A stretch of DNA of 64,000 bases from assembly GCA_046290465.1 (NCBI GenBank), contig JBKAGP010000001.1, forward strand, positions 2,880,001-2,944,000, written 5' to 3'. Below, in pieces: positions 52,217 through 60,105 of the stretch. The position numbers were made by a program, and so were the translations under genes. Each line of letters starts with the position of its first letter. The first letter of the stretch is position 1. Source of the stretch: Planctomycetota bacterium (GTDB lineage: Bacteria; Planctomycetota; UBA1135; UBA2386). The notes beneath the pieces are model-generated. The model searched no databases. It was not told the DNA's origin and saw only the letters and a program-made list of their open reading frames with translations.

Positions 52217-52981
52217 CTAGAACTTGCCGCTGTTGCCGGTGTCCGCGGGGATCACCTCCGCGTTGACCCACCGCTCGACGATGATCCCGTCCTCGAGCCG
52301 AAACAGGTCGAACACCGCCTGCGCCTCCCCGCCGACGTCGACCTCGCAGTAGGTCACGACGAAGTTGCCCTGCCCAAGCAACCGAAACAGGTTGCCGTAG
52401 TGCACCTCCCGCGCCGCAAGATCGTCGACCCAAGCCTGCCGCCCATCGGCGACCGCGAGATCGTGCTGCACGAGATCCTCGGCCACGAAGTCCCCCATCT
52501 CCTCGTGCGCGCCCCCGAGCAGCACCCGTTCGAAGAACGCGTCGACGAGTTCTTTGTTGGCCTGGGTCCGATCCAGATCCCGAACCTCGGTCGGCCCCCC
52601 AAGCTGCGAACGCCCGTCGCCCCGAGCAGCCGCCCACGGCGAGATCACGTCCCAGTGCTCGACGATCTTGTCGTCTTCGTCCGTGTCGAACATGTCGGTC
52701 GTCACCCACCGCGCCTCCCCCTCGTTGAGATCCTGCGACACCTGGCAGAACACGTAGCGCCCATCCTCGATCGCCCGCACCACCCGAATGTCCCGCTTCG
52801 TCCACCGCTCGAGGAACGGCCCGAAGAACGCCAAGAACCCTTCGCGCCCGTCGGCGACGCCGGTCGAGTGCTGCGTGTAGCGGGCGCCGGTGAAGTCGTG
52901 GATGGCGTCGTGGATGTGGCCGTCGCGGATGCCGTGCAGGTAGAGGTTGAGGGCGTTTTGGAGTTTGGGGGTGGGGTGCAT
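52217..52981 (-). CDS. Tandem SnoaL/NTF2-like protein
   Basis: YTQHS..VADGREGF, KIVEHWD, second repeat IVERW. Confidence 0.85.
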   Translation of the reverse strand: MHPTPKLQNALNLYLHGIRDGHIHDAIHDFTGARYTQHSTGVADGREGFLAFFGPFLERWTKRDIRVVRAIEDGRYVFCQVSQDLNEGEARWVTTDMFDTDEDDKIVEHWDVISPWAAARGDGRSQLGGPTEVRDLDRTQANKELVDAFFERVLLGGAHEEMGDFVAEDLVQHDLAVADGRQAWVDDLAAREVHYGNLFRLLGQGNFVVTYCEVDVGGEAQAVFDLFRLEDGIIVERWVNAEVIPADTGNSGKF

Positions 52982-53118
52982 GGGGGGATGGTTGGGTGGT
53001 GGTGGCGGAGTGGTCGCGGGGTGATGGCGGGGGTGGGCGCGGGGTGCTGGTGGGGTGGGTCGCGGGGGCGCGACGCGCGTTGCATCGGTGGGTTGGCGTG
53101 TCTACGATGCGCGGGCGC

Positions 53119-53193
53119 GCGGGTGTAGTTCAGTGGTAGAACGTCAGCTTCCCAAGCTGAATGTCGTCGGTTCGATCCCGATCACCCGCTCCA
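53119..53193 (+). tRNA. tRNA-Gly (CCC)
   Basis: Acceptor GCGGGTG/CACCCGC, U73, CCA; anticodon arm TCAGC-TTCCCAA-GCTGA; TTCGA T-loop. Confidence 0.96.
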
Positions 53194-54511
53194 TTCCTTC
53201 CAGGGACTTACGCGCGACGCGCCCGAAGCTCCCCTTGCCGTGTGCCAGTTTAGTGCCAGGAAGTCCGCGGAGCTGTGAGCGGCTGCCACCACCACCGCCA
53301 CGCGGTAACCGTTCGACCGCGTCTCTCAGATCGTCGCACACGAGGTGCGCGTAGACACGAGCTGTCAGCTCAGGCGAACTGTGGCCCATGAGTTTCTGCA
53401 CCTGGTGCAGGCCAACGCCGGCACGGAGCAGTCGCGTTCCGTAAGTGTGCCGCAGGGCATGGATGTCGAGCTTCTGGCCCGACGCGTCGATCTTCTCGAG
53501 CTCGGCGCGGTCGAGCAGCCGGTCGAAGATGCGCATCGCGTTCCGGCTTTGCTTGCCCCATGGCTCGCCCCGCGGGGTCAGGAAGATTCGATCGCCGTCC
53601 CCGGGCACGTCGCCGAGTAGCTCGGTCTGGAGTTCTCGCAGCGCGACGAGCTCCTGGACCAGCTCTTTGCGGATGGGGTTGGTTTGTTCGCGACCTGACT
53701 TTGCCGTCTCTGCGCGCAGCCGAAGCGTCGCGCTTTCCTCGTCGAGGTCCTGCCAGACGGTCTGGCTGAGGGCTCCCCAACGGGCGCCGGTCTCCACGAG
53801 CGCGAGCCAGAGAGGGTACTGCGGCACCCGATGCGAGCGCTCGCGGCCGGCGTAGCGACTCCCCTTCGTGCCGTTCTTGATCGTGCGTTCGGCCGCCACG
53901 TGGCGCGCCTGCTCGGCGTCGTCCTCGATCGCGGCCGTGAGGAATCGTTCGATCTCTGCTTCCGTGAGGGCACGCCGACGGTAGCGCTGGTGCTTCTGCC
54001 CCTGCGGCAGTCGCTTGAGCTTCGCCAGCGGGTTCGATGCGATGACGTCGCAGTCGACCGCCCACCGCAGCATCCCCTGGACGGCCGCCACGTCGAGGTT
54101 CGCGGTCCGGTTGGACGCACCGTCTTCGATGCGCCGGCGACGCCACTCGAGCAGGTCGCTCGTCTGCAACTCCGAGACACGCCTGGCGCGCAGTCCCCCG
54201 AGCACGCGCTTCAGTCGGCCTTTCAGGTTGCTCAGGTGCCCGGCACTGACCCTCTGCTCGAGATCGGATTCGTAGAGTCCCCGAACCTCTTCGAGCAGGC
54301 GGTCGTGGGACTCCTCGCGACCAAGCCCGGCGAGCTCGAGGTCCCGCCGACGGATGATGTCTCCGAGTTGACGCTCGGCGACCCGCCGATCCGTCGAAAG
54401 CACCTGGCGGCGCCGCTTACCGCTCGCGTCGCTCCAGTCTCCCACGTAGACCGTGCCACGTTTGTTCCGCCGCCTGACGAGGCGCCCACGTCCGATTGCG
54501 CGGCCTCTCAC
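53144..54511 (-). CDS. Tyrosine recombinase/integrase
   Basis: ETGAR, TAK, HALRHTY, LMGH, RVY catalytic set; GTGA overlap with xis; stop lies inside the tRNA (antisense). Confidence 0.93.
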   Translation of the reverse strand: MRGRAIGRGRLVRRRNKRGTVYVGDWSDASGKRRRQVLSTDRRVAERQLGDIIRRRDLELAGLGREESHDRLLEEVRGLYESDLEQRVSAGHLSNLKGRLKRVLGGLRARRVSELQTSDLLEWRRRRIEDGASNRTANLDVAAVQGMLRWAVDCDVIASNPLAKLKRLPQGQKHQRYRRRALTEAEIERFLTAAIEDDAEQARHVAAERTIKNGTKGSRYAGRERSHRVPQYPLWLALVETGARWGALSQTVWQDLDEESATLRLRAETAKSGREQTNPIRKELVQELVALRELQTELLGDVPGDGDRIFLTPRGEPWGKQSRNAMRIFDRLLDRAELEKIDASGQKLDIHALRHTYGTRLLRAGVGLHQVQKLMGHSSPELTARVYAHLVCDDLRDAVERLPRGGGGGSRSQLRGLPGTKLAHGKGSFGRVARKSLEGMERVIGIEPTTFSLGS

Positions 54512-54870
54512 CGGTTCAGCTCCTCGGACATGCCATCCAACCACTCCTCGATCGTGCGTACGCGCCACCGCTTCGAGCCACCGAAGCGAATCGCTGGCGG
54601 CAGGTCGCCGGCCTTCTCCAGTCGACGGACGGTCCGCACGTCGCACTGAAGCAGCTCAGACAGATCGCGTTCGGTGAACATCTTTCGCAGGGTCGGACGT
54701 GTACGCAGTCGCTGCTCGATCTCCTCGAGCTTCTTCTCCAGGGTGTCTTCGAGCTGAGCCATGAGGCTTGCGATCACATCGGAGTGTCGCGCGCCGGCAT
54801 CACCATCAGGCACGGATGGGAGAAGGCGATCGCCCTCATCACGCATCGAATCTGGAGAGAGTTCACCCAA
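54508..54870 (-). CDS. Excisionase / AlpA-like HTH protein
   Basis: FTERDLSELLQCDVRTVRRLEKAGDLPPAIRFGGSKRWRVRTIEEWL. Confidence 0.85.
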   Translation of the reverse strand: MGELSPDSMRDEGDRLLPSVPDGDAGARHSDVIASLMAQLEDTLEKKLEEIEQRLRTRPTLRKMFTERDLSELLQCDVRTVRRLEKAGDLPPAIRFGGSKRWRVRTIEEWLDGMSEELNR

Positions 54871-54871
54871 T

Positions 54872-56290
54872 CTACCAACCTCGCTTCTTCTTCGGAACAG
54901 ACCCTTGGATGGCCGCCCTCAACACCCCCCTTCGCTGTTCCATCGTCTGGACGGGAGTTCGATTACTGACGTAGTAGGGACCACGATTCTCGCTTTGCCT
55001 GCGTTTGATCCTCCGTGCCCGTTGCGAGGCCTCCATCGCACGGACTCGCCGATGGGCCTCCTTCAACGTCGCGGAGGCGAGCCCACCAACCAATCGTTGA
55101 CACGTGATGAAGTGCTCGAGTTCCTCGATGTCCTTCTCGTAGGCCTCATAGAACCTCGCGAGCAGCTTTGCCGTAGATGCAGGAACCTCCCCGCCTAGAC
55201 AGTCCTCTTCAATCCGGTCGAGGTCCGCGCCGCGCCCTTCATCAACCTTCCGGACGAAGTTGCTTGGATTCGCCCTCGATCTCGTGACGACCTTCCATGC
55301 CTTCATGAACTCCTGGTCGCCCGTTTGCCGGACATAGTGCAGGACCACTTCGCGAATCGCATCACACCCGATCACGGGGGGCGTCATCCTCGCCAATTCC
55401 CCCGGAGCGATGAACGTGTATCCGTTCAGCCTCGGGCTGACGAGCTTCAGCATGCCCTTCCGGCCAACCGGTTCTCCCGAGGCGTCGCGAGACTCCGAGT
55501 CACTCGTTCCATCCGTGAAGATCTCGACGGTGAAGCTGCGCCCGGTGCTCTCGTGATTCCGTGCCGTTCTCTCGGCTCCCGAGCGCATTGCGCGCTCGAT
55601 GCGCTCGGCTTCGGTGATGCTCGGCCCCTCGTCTTGCCGCGGGCGCAGACTCGAAGCATCGAGCAACCCCAACTCGAAGAGAACAGCTGGATGCTCGACA
55701 AAGTCACGCAAGGAGCTGAGGCGCGCCACCTCCGCCTTCCGCTTCGAGAGTCGCTGACGGGCAGCTCGGACATGTTCGATCCACGCGCGCACGGAATCCA
55801 AACCGGCCTTGTCGCGCACCACGCCCACGTCGCCGCTGAGAAGACGTTCGAGGAACGACCTATCACGCGCCTCGAATCGCCGCAGCAGCGGATCGATCTC
55901 GCCTCCCTCCACTGGCTTGGGATCCGGCGCGGGTGTCGGCGCCGGCGTAGGGTCATCAACCTGACCGCGCTCTTGGCCGCCCGCATTCGGCAGTTCCGGA
56001 TCGCCATTCAGAGCGCGAACCACAAGGAAAACGATGGCGAGAGCCGCGACCACGATCACAGCGGTCTTCGCCCGGAACGCAACATTGGTAGCCATACCCC
56101 ACAGAATGCCGTTCGCAACCACTTCCAGGAAGGGCGTGCATCCGAACACACACCCGTAGATGAACACCGAAGCGGCGACGAGCAGCGACGACACCATGCG
56201 CCGCCGCTCGTCCACGCCCCACACCGGCGGCGGAGGCGCTTTCGCGTAGCGCACCTCCGGACGCATCAATCGCTCCTGCAGCAGCGTCAC
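54872..56290 (-). CDS. Membrane-anchored hypothetical protein (2-3 TM, Pro-rich linker, helical domain)
   Basis: GTGA-coupled to the vWA gene; PTPAPTPAP linker. Confidence 0.7.
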   Translation of the reverse strand: MTLLQERLMRPEVRYAKAPPPPVWGVDERRRMVSSLLVAASVFIYGCVFGCTPFLEVVANGILWGMATNVAFRAKTAVIVVAALAIVFLVVRALNGDPELPNAGGQERGQVDDPTPAPTPAPDPKPVEGGEIDPLLRRFEARDRSFLERLLSGDVGVVRDKAGLDSVRAWIEHVRAARQRLSKRKAEVARLSSLRDFVEHPAVLFELGLLDASSLRPRQDEGPSITEAERIERAMRSGAERTARNHESTGRSFTVEIFTDGTSDSESRDASGEPVGRKGMLKLVSPRLNGYTFIAPGELARMTPPVIGCDAIREVVLHYVRQTGDQEFMKAWKVVTRSRANPSNFVRKVDEGRGADLDRIEEDCLGGEVPASTAKLLARFYEAYEKDIEELEHFITCQRLVGGLASATLKEAHRRVRAMEASQRARRIKRRQSENRGPYYVSNRTPVQTMEQRRGVLRAAIQGSVPKKKRGW

Positions 56291-57126
56291 GACTGCTCCT
56301 TCCCTCTGAACGCCTCGAGCAAGGCGACCGCGGACTGGTCGGAGATCTGGCCATCGCTGCGTTTCCTCTCGAGGAGCGCCACCGCAGAGCCTCCCAGCGA
56401 CTCCGCCACCGCCGCCTCGACGGCGGCGATCAGACCATCGCCCTCCTCCACGTTCTGGAAGTCGACGAACCGCCCACCGGTCTTGCTCGCGATGTCACGG
56501 TATTGCTTCTCCGCCGGAGCATCCCTCCCACACCGAACCATGAAGCAGCGAATCTTGGCCCCACTCAAACAAGCGAGGATGCGTTCATGAGTCATGCCGA
56601 ACTCGCAGAGATCGATAGAGTCGTGGTCTCCTGCGAACTCGGGAACGAACTCCTGCGCGTATCCGTGGGACGCATGGTCGCCGACGCAGACCAACACGCG
56701 ATTCCGCGCCACCCAGGGCAGTTGGCTGGCGAAGAGCAGACCGGCACCAAGGGCCTCAACCGAAGTGTCGTTGCCCTCGGTGAATCCCGCACCGTCGACG
56801 AACTTCCGCAGCTGGTCAACTCGGCTCGCCCCGATGAACTCGCCACGTGTGGGACCGCCATCACCGAAGAAGGCGAACGGCGTCTGGCACGTGTGGTCTC
56901 GGTAGAAGCCGAAGGTCATCCGCAGATGTTGGTGACGAGCTACCAGGCGTCGCAGAAGCTCCATCGAACGCGTCTTCACCGCATCGATGAAGGGCTCCAT
57001 CGATGCCGTAGCGTCCGCAAGGACCGCCACGTCGACCCCGCTCTCAACTCGGAGCGCGCGTGACTGCGAGAGAAGGGAACTGCTGGTCAACGCACGCCTC
57101 GTTGATCGGATCGTCGGGAACTTCAT
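56287..57126 (-). CDS. von Willebrand factor A domain protein
   Basis: VDVAVLADATASM (MIDAS DxTxS), FYRDH, GND..EA, W...RVLVCVGDHASHG. Confidence 0.85.
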   Translation of the reverse strand: MKFPTIRSTRRALTSSSLLSQSRALRVESGVDVAVLADATASMEPFIDAVKTRSMELLRRLVARHQHLRMTFGFYRDHTCQTPFAFFGDGGPTRGEFIGASRVDQLRKFVDGAGFTEGNDTSVEALGAGLLFASQLPWVARNRVLVCVGDHASHGYAQEFVPEFAGDHDSIDLCEFGMTHERILACLSGAKIRCFMVRCGRDAPAEKQYRDIASKTGGRFVDFQNVEEGDGLIAAVEAAVAESLGGSAVALLERKRSDGQISDQSAVALLEAFRGKEQS

Positions 57127-57959
57127 GATCGCGCTCCTTCTTGCCCCTGAAGAGCCTCCCACTGCGAGTTGACGTAGAGGAAGATCGCATCGAAGGCGTC
57201 GTTCAACCACGCCAGGTCAAAGGACGGACGGGTGTCGCTGTGGAACTGCTTCACCAGATCCCGCCAGACCTTCCTGGACTCACCCTGCCCTGCCTCCGAG
57301 CCAAAGGTCTCCCCCGGGTCCTCCGGTAGCGCAACCCTGAGCACCGGGCCTCCGTCTTCCATCCCAAGAGTCGCCAGGGAGCCATCCAGCGACTGCAGAA
57401 GGCGAGACACCCGCTCGTCCCACTGCTCACACCGAGCGAGGAAGGCCTCGTATCGCTCGCCAACAGGGAAGAAGCTGTGCTCAAGGAACTCGAGGAAGTC
57501 CCCACGGGCGGCCTCGATGTCACGTCGGGAATCACGCAGATCCTCGACGAACTTCAGATCGGCACCGGCCTCCGCAAGACGCAGCCGCTCGCGCAGGTCA
57601 TTCAGCTCTCGGTGCAGCTCGGCGTTACGAGTGCGTTCCGCTCTCAGATCCTGCTCGATCTTCTGCTTATCCACGACAGCATCGAGCGCTCTCCCATCCG
57701 CCACGAACGCCTGGTGCTCCAGGCCCTGCATTCGCTCGCGGCTCTCGTTGGCCCGCCTCTCCAGGTCGATGACCCAGAAGGCCAGGATGGACAATGCGCC
57801 AACGACCAACGACGCCATCGCGGCCGGCACGACCCCAGCCCCCTCGGACGCCATGACCGCGACGCCGAGGCTTGCGCAGGCTCCCAGACCGAAGAGCCCC
57901 ACCGCCCCGATGACCCGGGACCTCAAGCCATCTGGCCACGCTACGCGGAACCTCACCAT
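57123..57959 (-). CDS. 2-TM, coiled-coil protein with C-terminal J-domain-like segment (HSD)
   Basis: RKVWRDLVKQFHSD...F..VN..WEAL. Confidence 0.65.
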   Translation of the reverse strand: MVRFRVAWPDGLRSRVIGAVGLFGLGACASLGVAVMASEGAGVVPAAMASLVVGALSILAFWVIDLERRANESRERMQGLEHQAFVADGRALDAVVDKQKIEQDLRAERTRNAELHRELNDLRERLRLAEAGADLKFVEDLRDSRRDIEAARGDFLEFLEHSFFPVGERYEAFLARCEQWDERVSRLLQSLDGSLATLGMEDGGPVLRVALPEDPGETFGSEAGQGESRKVWRDLVKQFHSDTRPSFDLAWLNDAFDAIFLYVNSQWEALQGQEGARS

Positions 57960-59461
57960 GGCAGACGAACGCCTCCATCGCGCATCTTCTTCTCGCCGCC
58001 GCTCGACGGCGGCGGGATCTTGAGGCGCGCATAGTCCGCCGCACCCCAGGTGTAGCCGATGTCTTCCTTCGTCAGCTTGCGTCTACGACGCACGTTCTCG
58101 TTGGGCGGCTGCTCGCCCAACATCTGCTTGATGAACTTGCCATCGACCTTCTTGCGCCACGCCCCAACCATCGGAGCACGCGCGACGACCTCGTAACCGT
58201 TCCCAAGGGAGGCCTGCGGGAAGTCCTGAAACTCGTAGGGGTAGACGTTGTGATCCTCGCGCAACTCGTGACCGATCGTTGTGCTCCGGCCTTGCGGCGA
58301 CTTCGTGTCGGTTCGCTTCTCCTGCCAGAACACGTGCTTTCCGAAGAAGCCCGACAGCCACTCAGCCGCATCAGGTGACGCAAGCCGTCCAACGCAGAGG
58401 TTGCCGATCTGCCCGACTGCCTCGCTGGCCTGCTCTCGTCCGCCGAAACGGGCGATCAGGCCGCCTGGGTCCTGAATCGTCGCCGCTGTCCGAACGCCCT
58501 TGATGCGCCCAAGGAGAAGCGCCTCTCGGTAGGAGGCGAGAATCGACTCCGGCGTCTCGTCGACGAAGAGGAACGTCTCATCGACGGGGTAGTTCTCAGC
58601 CCGATCGCGCAGCCGAGCGACGAGAAGACGGAACACAAACGAATTCCACGCCTCGATCGTCTTGGAGTTCCTTGACGATCCCCTGAGGACGATCACCCCT
58701 CCCGAGTTCAGCCATCCATCCACCGTGATGTAGTGCTCTGCCCGCCGCTCGAGCAAACTAGCGAGACGCCATGGCCCCAGCTTGACGTTCAGTGTCTGCA
58801 GCATGTTCTGACTCGCCTCTACGCCCTTCCTCAGATACTCGCGAAGCAGGCTCTTGCCGCGAGGGTGCAGCTGGAGGACGTGCCGCAGGAGGGACTCATC
58901 CCCACACGCGATAAGAAGGTCGTAGAGAAACCAATCGCCTCCGCGCAGCTGTAGCGTGTGCACGATTGCTTCGAGCAGCTGTTGAGCTGCTGGGGTGAAG
59001 AAGTCATGCGACTTCTTCGAGTCCTCGATCATCATGTGGGCGAGCTCCTGACCGTCTTCCGGCGTCACGCAGCTCTTGCCCAGATGCAGAGCGATTCCGC
59101 TCTCGCTGTAGGCATGAAGGTCGATCAGGTACTCAGGCGGGCACCACCCAAGCACGCTCGGCATTAGGTCCTCGCCCTTCGCGTCGAAGATTACGATGCG
59201 ACAGCGAGGACGCACCCGACCATCCCACGGCCTCGCACCCAGCACGTTCCGAAGCAACATCCGTAGCTCCAGCGTCTTCCCCGAACCGGTCTGGCCGAAG
59301 TACATGAAGTTCGGAGCCAGACAACCATCCGGAAGGATGTTCCCCGCAAAAGGGTAGGCCGCCGACAGGCGTAGACGTTTTAGTGCCTCCGGACAGGTCC
59401 GAGCCATCTGCGACAACGAAAGCAGTTCCCCGCTCTCAATAGGATGCGGAGTCGGGGTCAT
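57953..59461 (-). CDS. Type IV coupling protein-like ATPase (TrwB/TraD family), no N-terminal TM
   Basis: GQTGSGKT, IFDAKGE, FF..AA, FLFVDE, GR.KG....IQ. Confidence 0.85.
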   Translation of the reverse strand: MTPTPHPIESGELLSLSQMARTCPEALKRLRLSAAYPFAGNILPDGCLAPNFMYFGQTGSGKTLELRMLLRNVLGARPWDGRVRPRCRIVIFDAKGEDLMPSVLGWCPPEYLIDLHAYSESGIALHLGKSCVTPEDGQELAHMMIEDSKKSHDFFTPAAQQLLEAIVHTLQLRGGDWFLYDLLIACGDESLLRHVLQLHPRGKSLLREYLRKGVEASQNMLQTLNVKLGPWRLASLLERRAEHYITVDGWLNSGGVIVLRGSSRNSKTIEAWNSFVFRLLVARLRDRAENYPVDETFLFVDETPESILASYREALLLGRIKGVRTAATIQDPGGLIARFGGREQASEAVGQIGNLCVGRLASPDAAEWLSGFFGKHVFWQEKRTDTKSPQGRSTTIGHELREDHNVYPYEFQDFPQASLGNGYEVVARAPMVGAWRKKVDGKFIKQMLGEQPPNENVRRRRKLTKEDIGYTWGAADYARLKIPPPSSGGEKKMRDGGVRLPW

Positions 59462-60105
59462 GAATCATCCTCCTCGCCCCGGAAGCTCCGGATGTGTTCA
59501 TCGCAAGCGGCGCGAGCAACCTCTTCAACCTGCGACGCTCCAAGACATCGGTATCCCGCGTAGAGCGGGGTCACCTCTTCCGCTGTGACGGCGAACTGGG
59601 CGTAGAAGCTGGCCAAGAGCAGCGGCAACGTGACGGCCAGTGCGAGACCATGCGTCGACCAGTAGCCATCTCTGATGTCTCGCAGGTCGGCATCGACCAG
59701 CAGGAACGTCACCGCCACGGCCAGGGCGTAGCCGACCAGCACACGAACGAAGGGGCGAAGGTGGTGCCACAACCTCCGTCGAAGGTCGATCTCTCGCCCG
59801 TCTCGCGCACAAAGCGTCCCGTGAAGCAACGGCGGCAACGCGCCGAGGATCAGGAGGATCTCCGGCCAGTAGTAGAGGACCGTTCCTGCTCGCCCTGCCC
59901 CGCTGACGATCCCCAGCCTCCCCCATGACAGGCACGACCAAGTCACCAACCAGGCCGGGAACAGGACCACCGCACACTCGGCGAACAAGCGGACGCCCGT
60001 CCCCACCGTGTCTGGCAGCACAACGCCGCAGGGGCTCGGGTCCCGCCTCGCGATGCGGTCCAGCCTCATGCTGATGAGCTCGTAGGCCAACGGGTGCGCA
60101 TCCAT
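59458..60105 (-). CDS. 4-TM membrane protein
   Basis: Four hydrophobic segments; overlaps both the relaxase stop and the T4CP start. Confidence 0.7.
   Translation of the reverse strand: MDAHPLAYELISMRLDRIARRDPSPCGVVLPDTVGTGVRLFAECAVVLFPAWLVTWSCLSWGRLGIVSGAGRAGTVLYYWPEILLILGALPPLLHGTLCARDGREIDLRRRLWHHLRPFVRVLVGYALAVAVTFLLVDADLRDIRDGYWSTHGLALAVTLPLLLASFYAQFAVTAEEVTPLYAGYRCLGASQVEEVARAACDEHIRSFRGEEDDS

Noticed and set aside
52960..53070. Functional G-quadruplex upstream of tRNA-Gly
   Set aside because: G-runs are present but belong to a broader G/T-skew patch, with no independent support.
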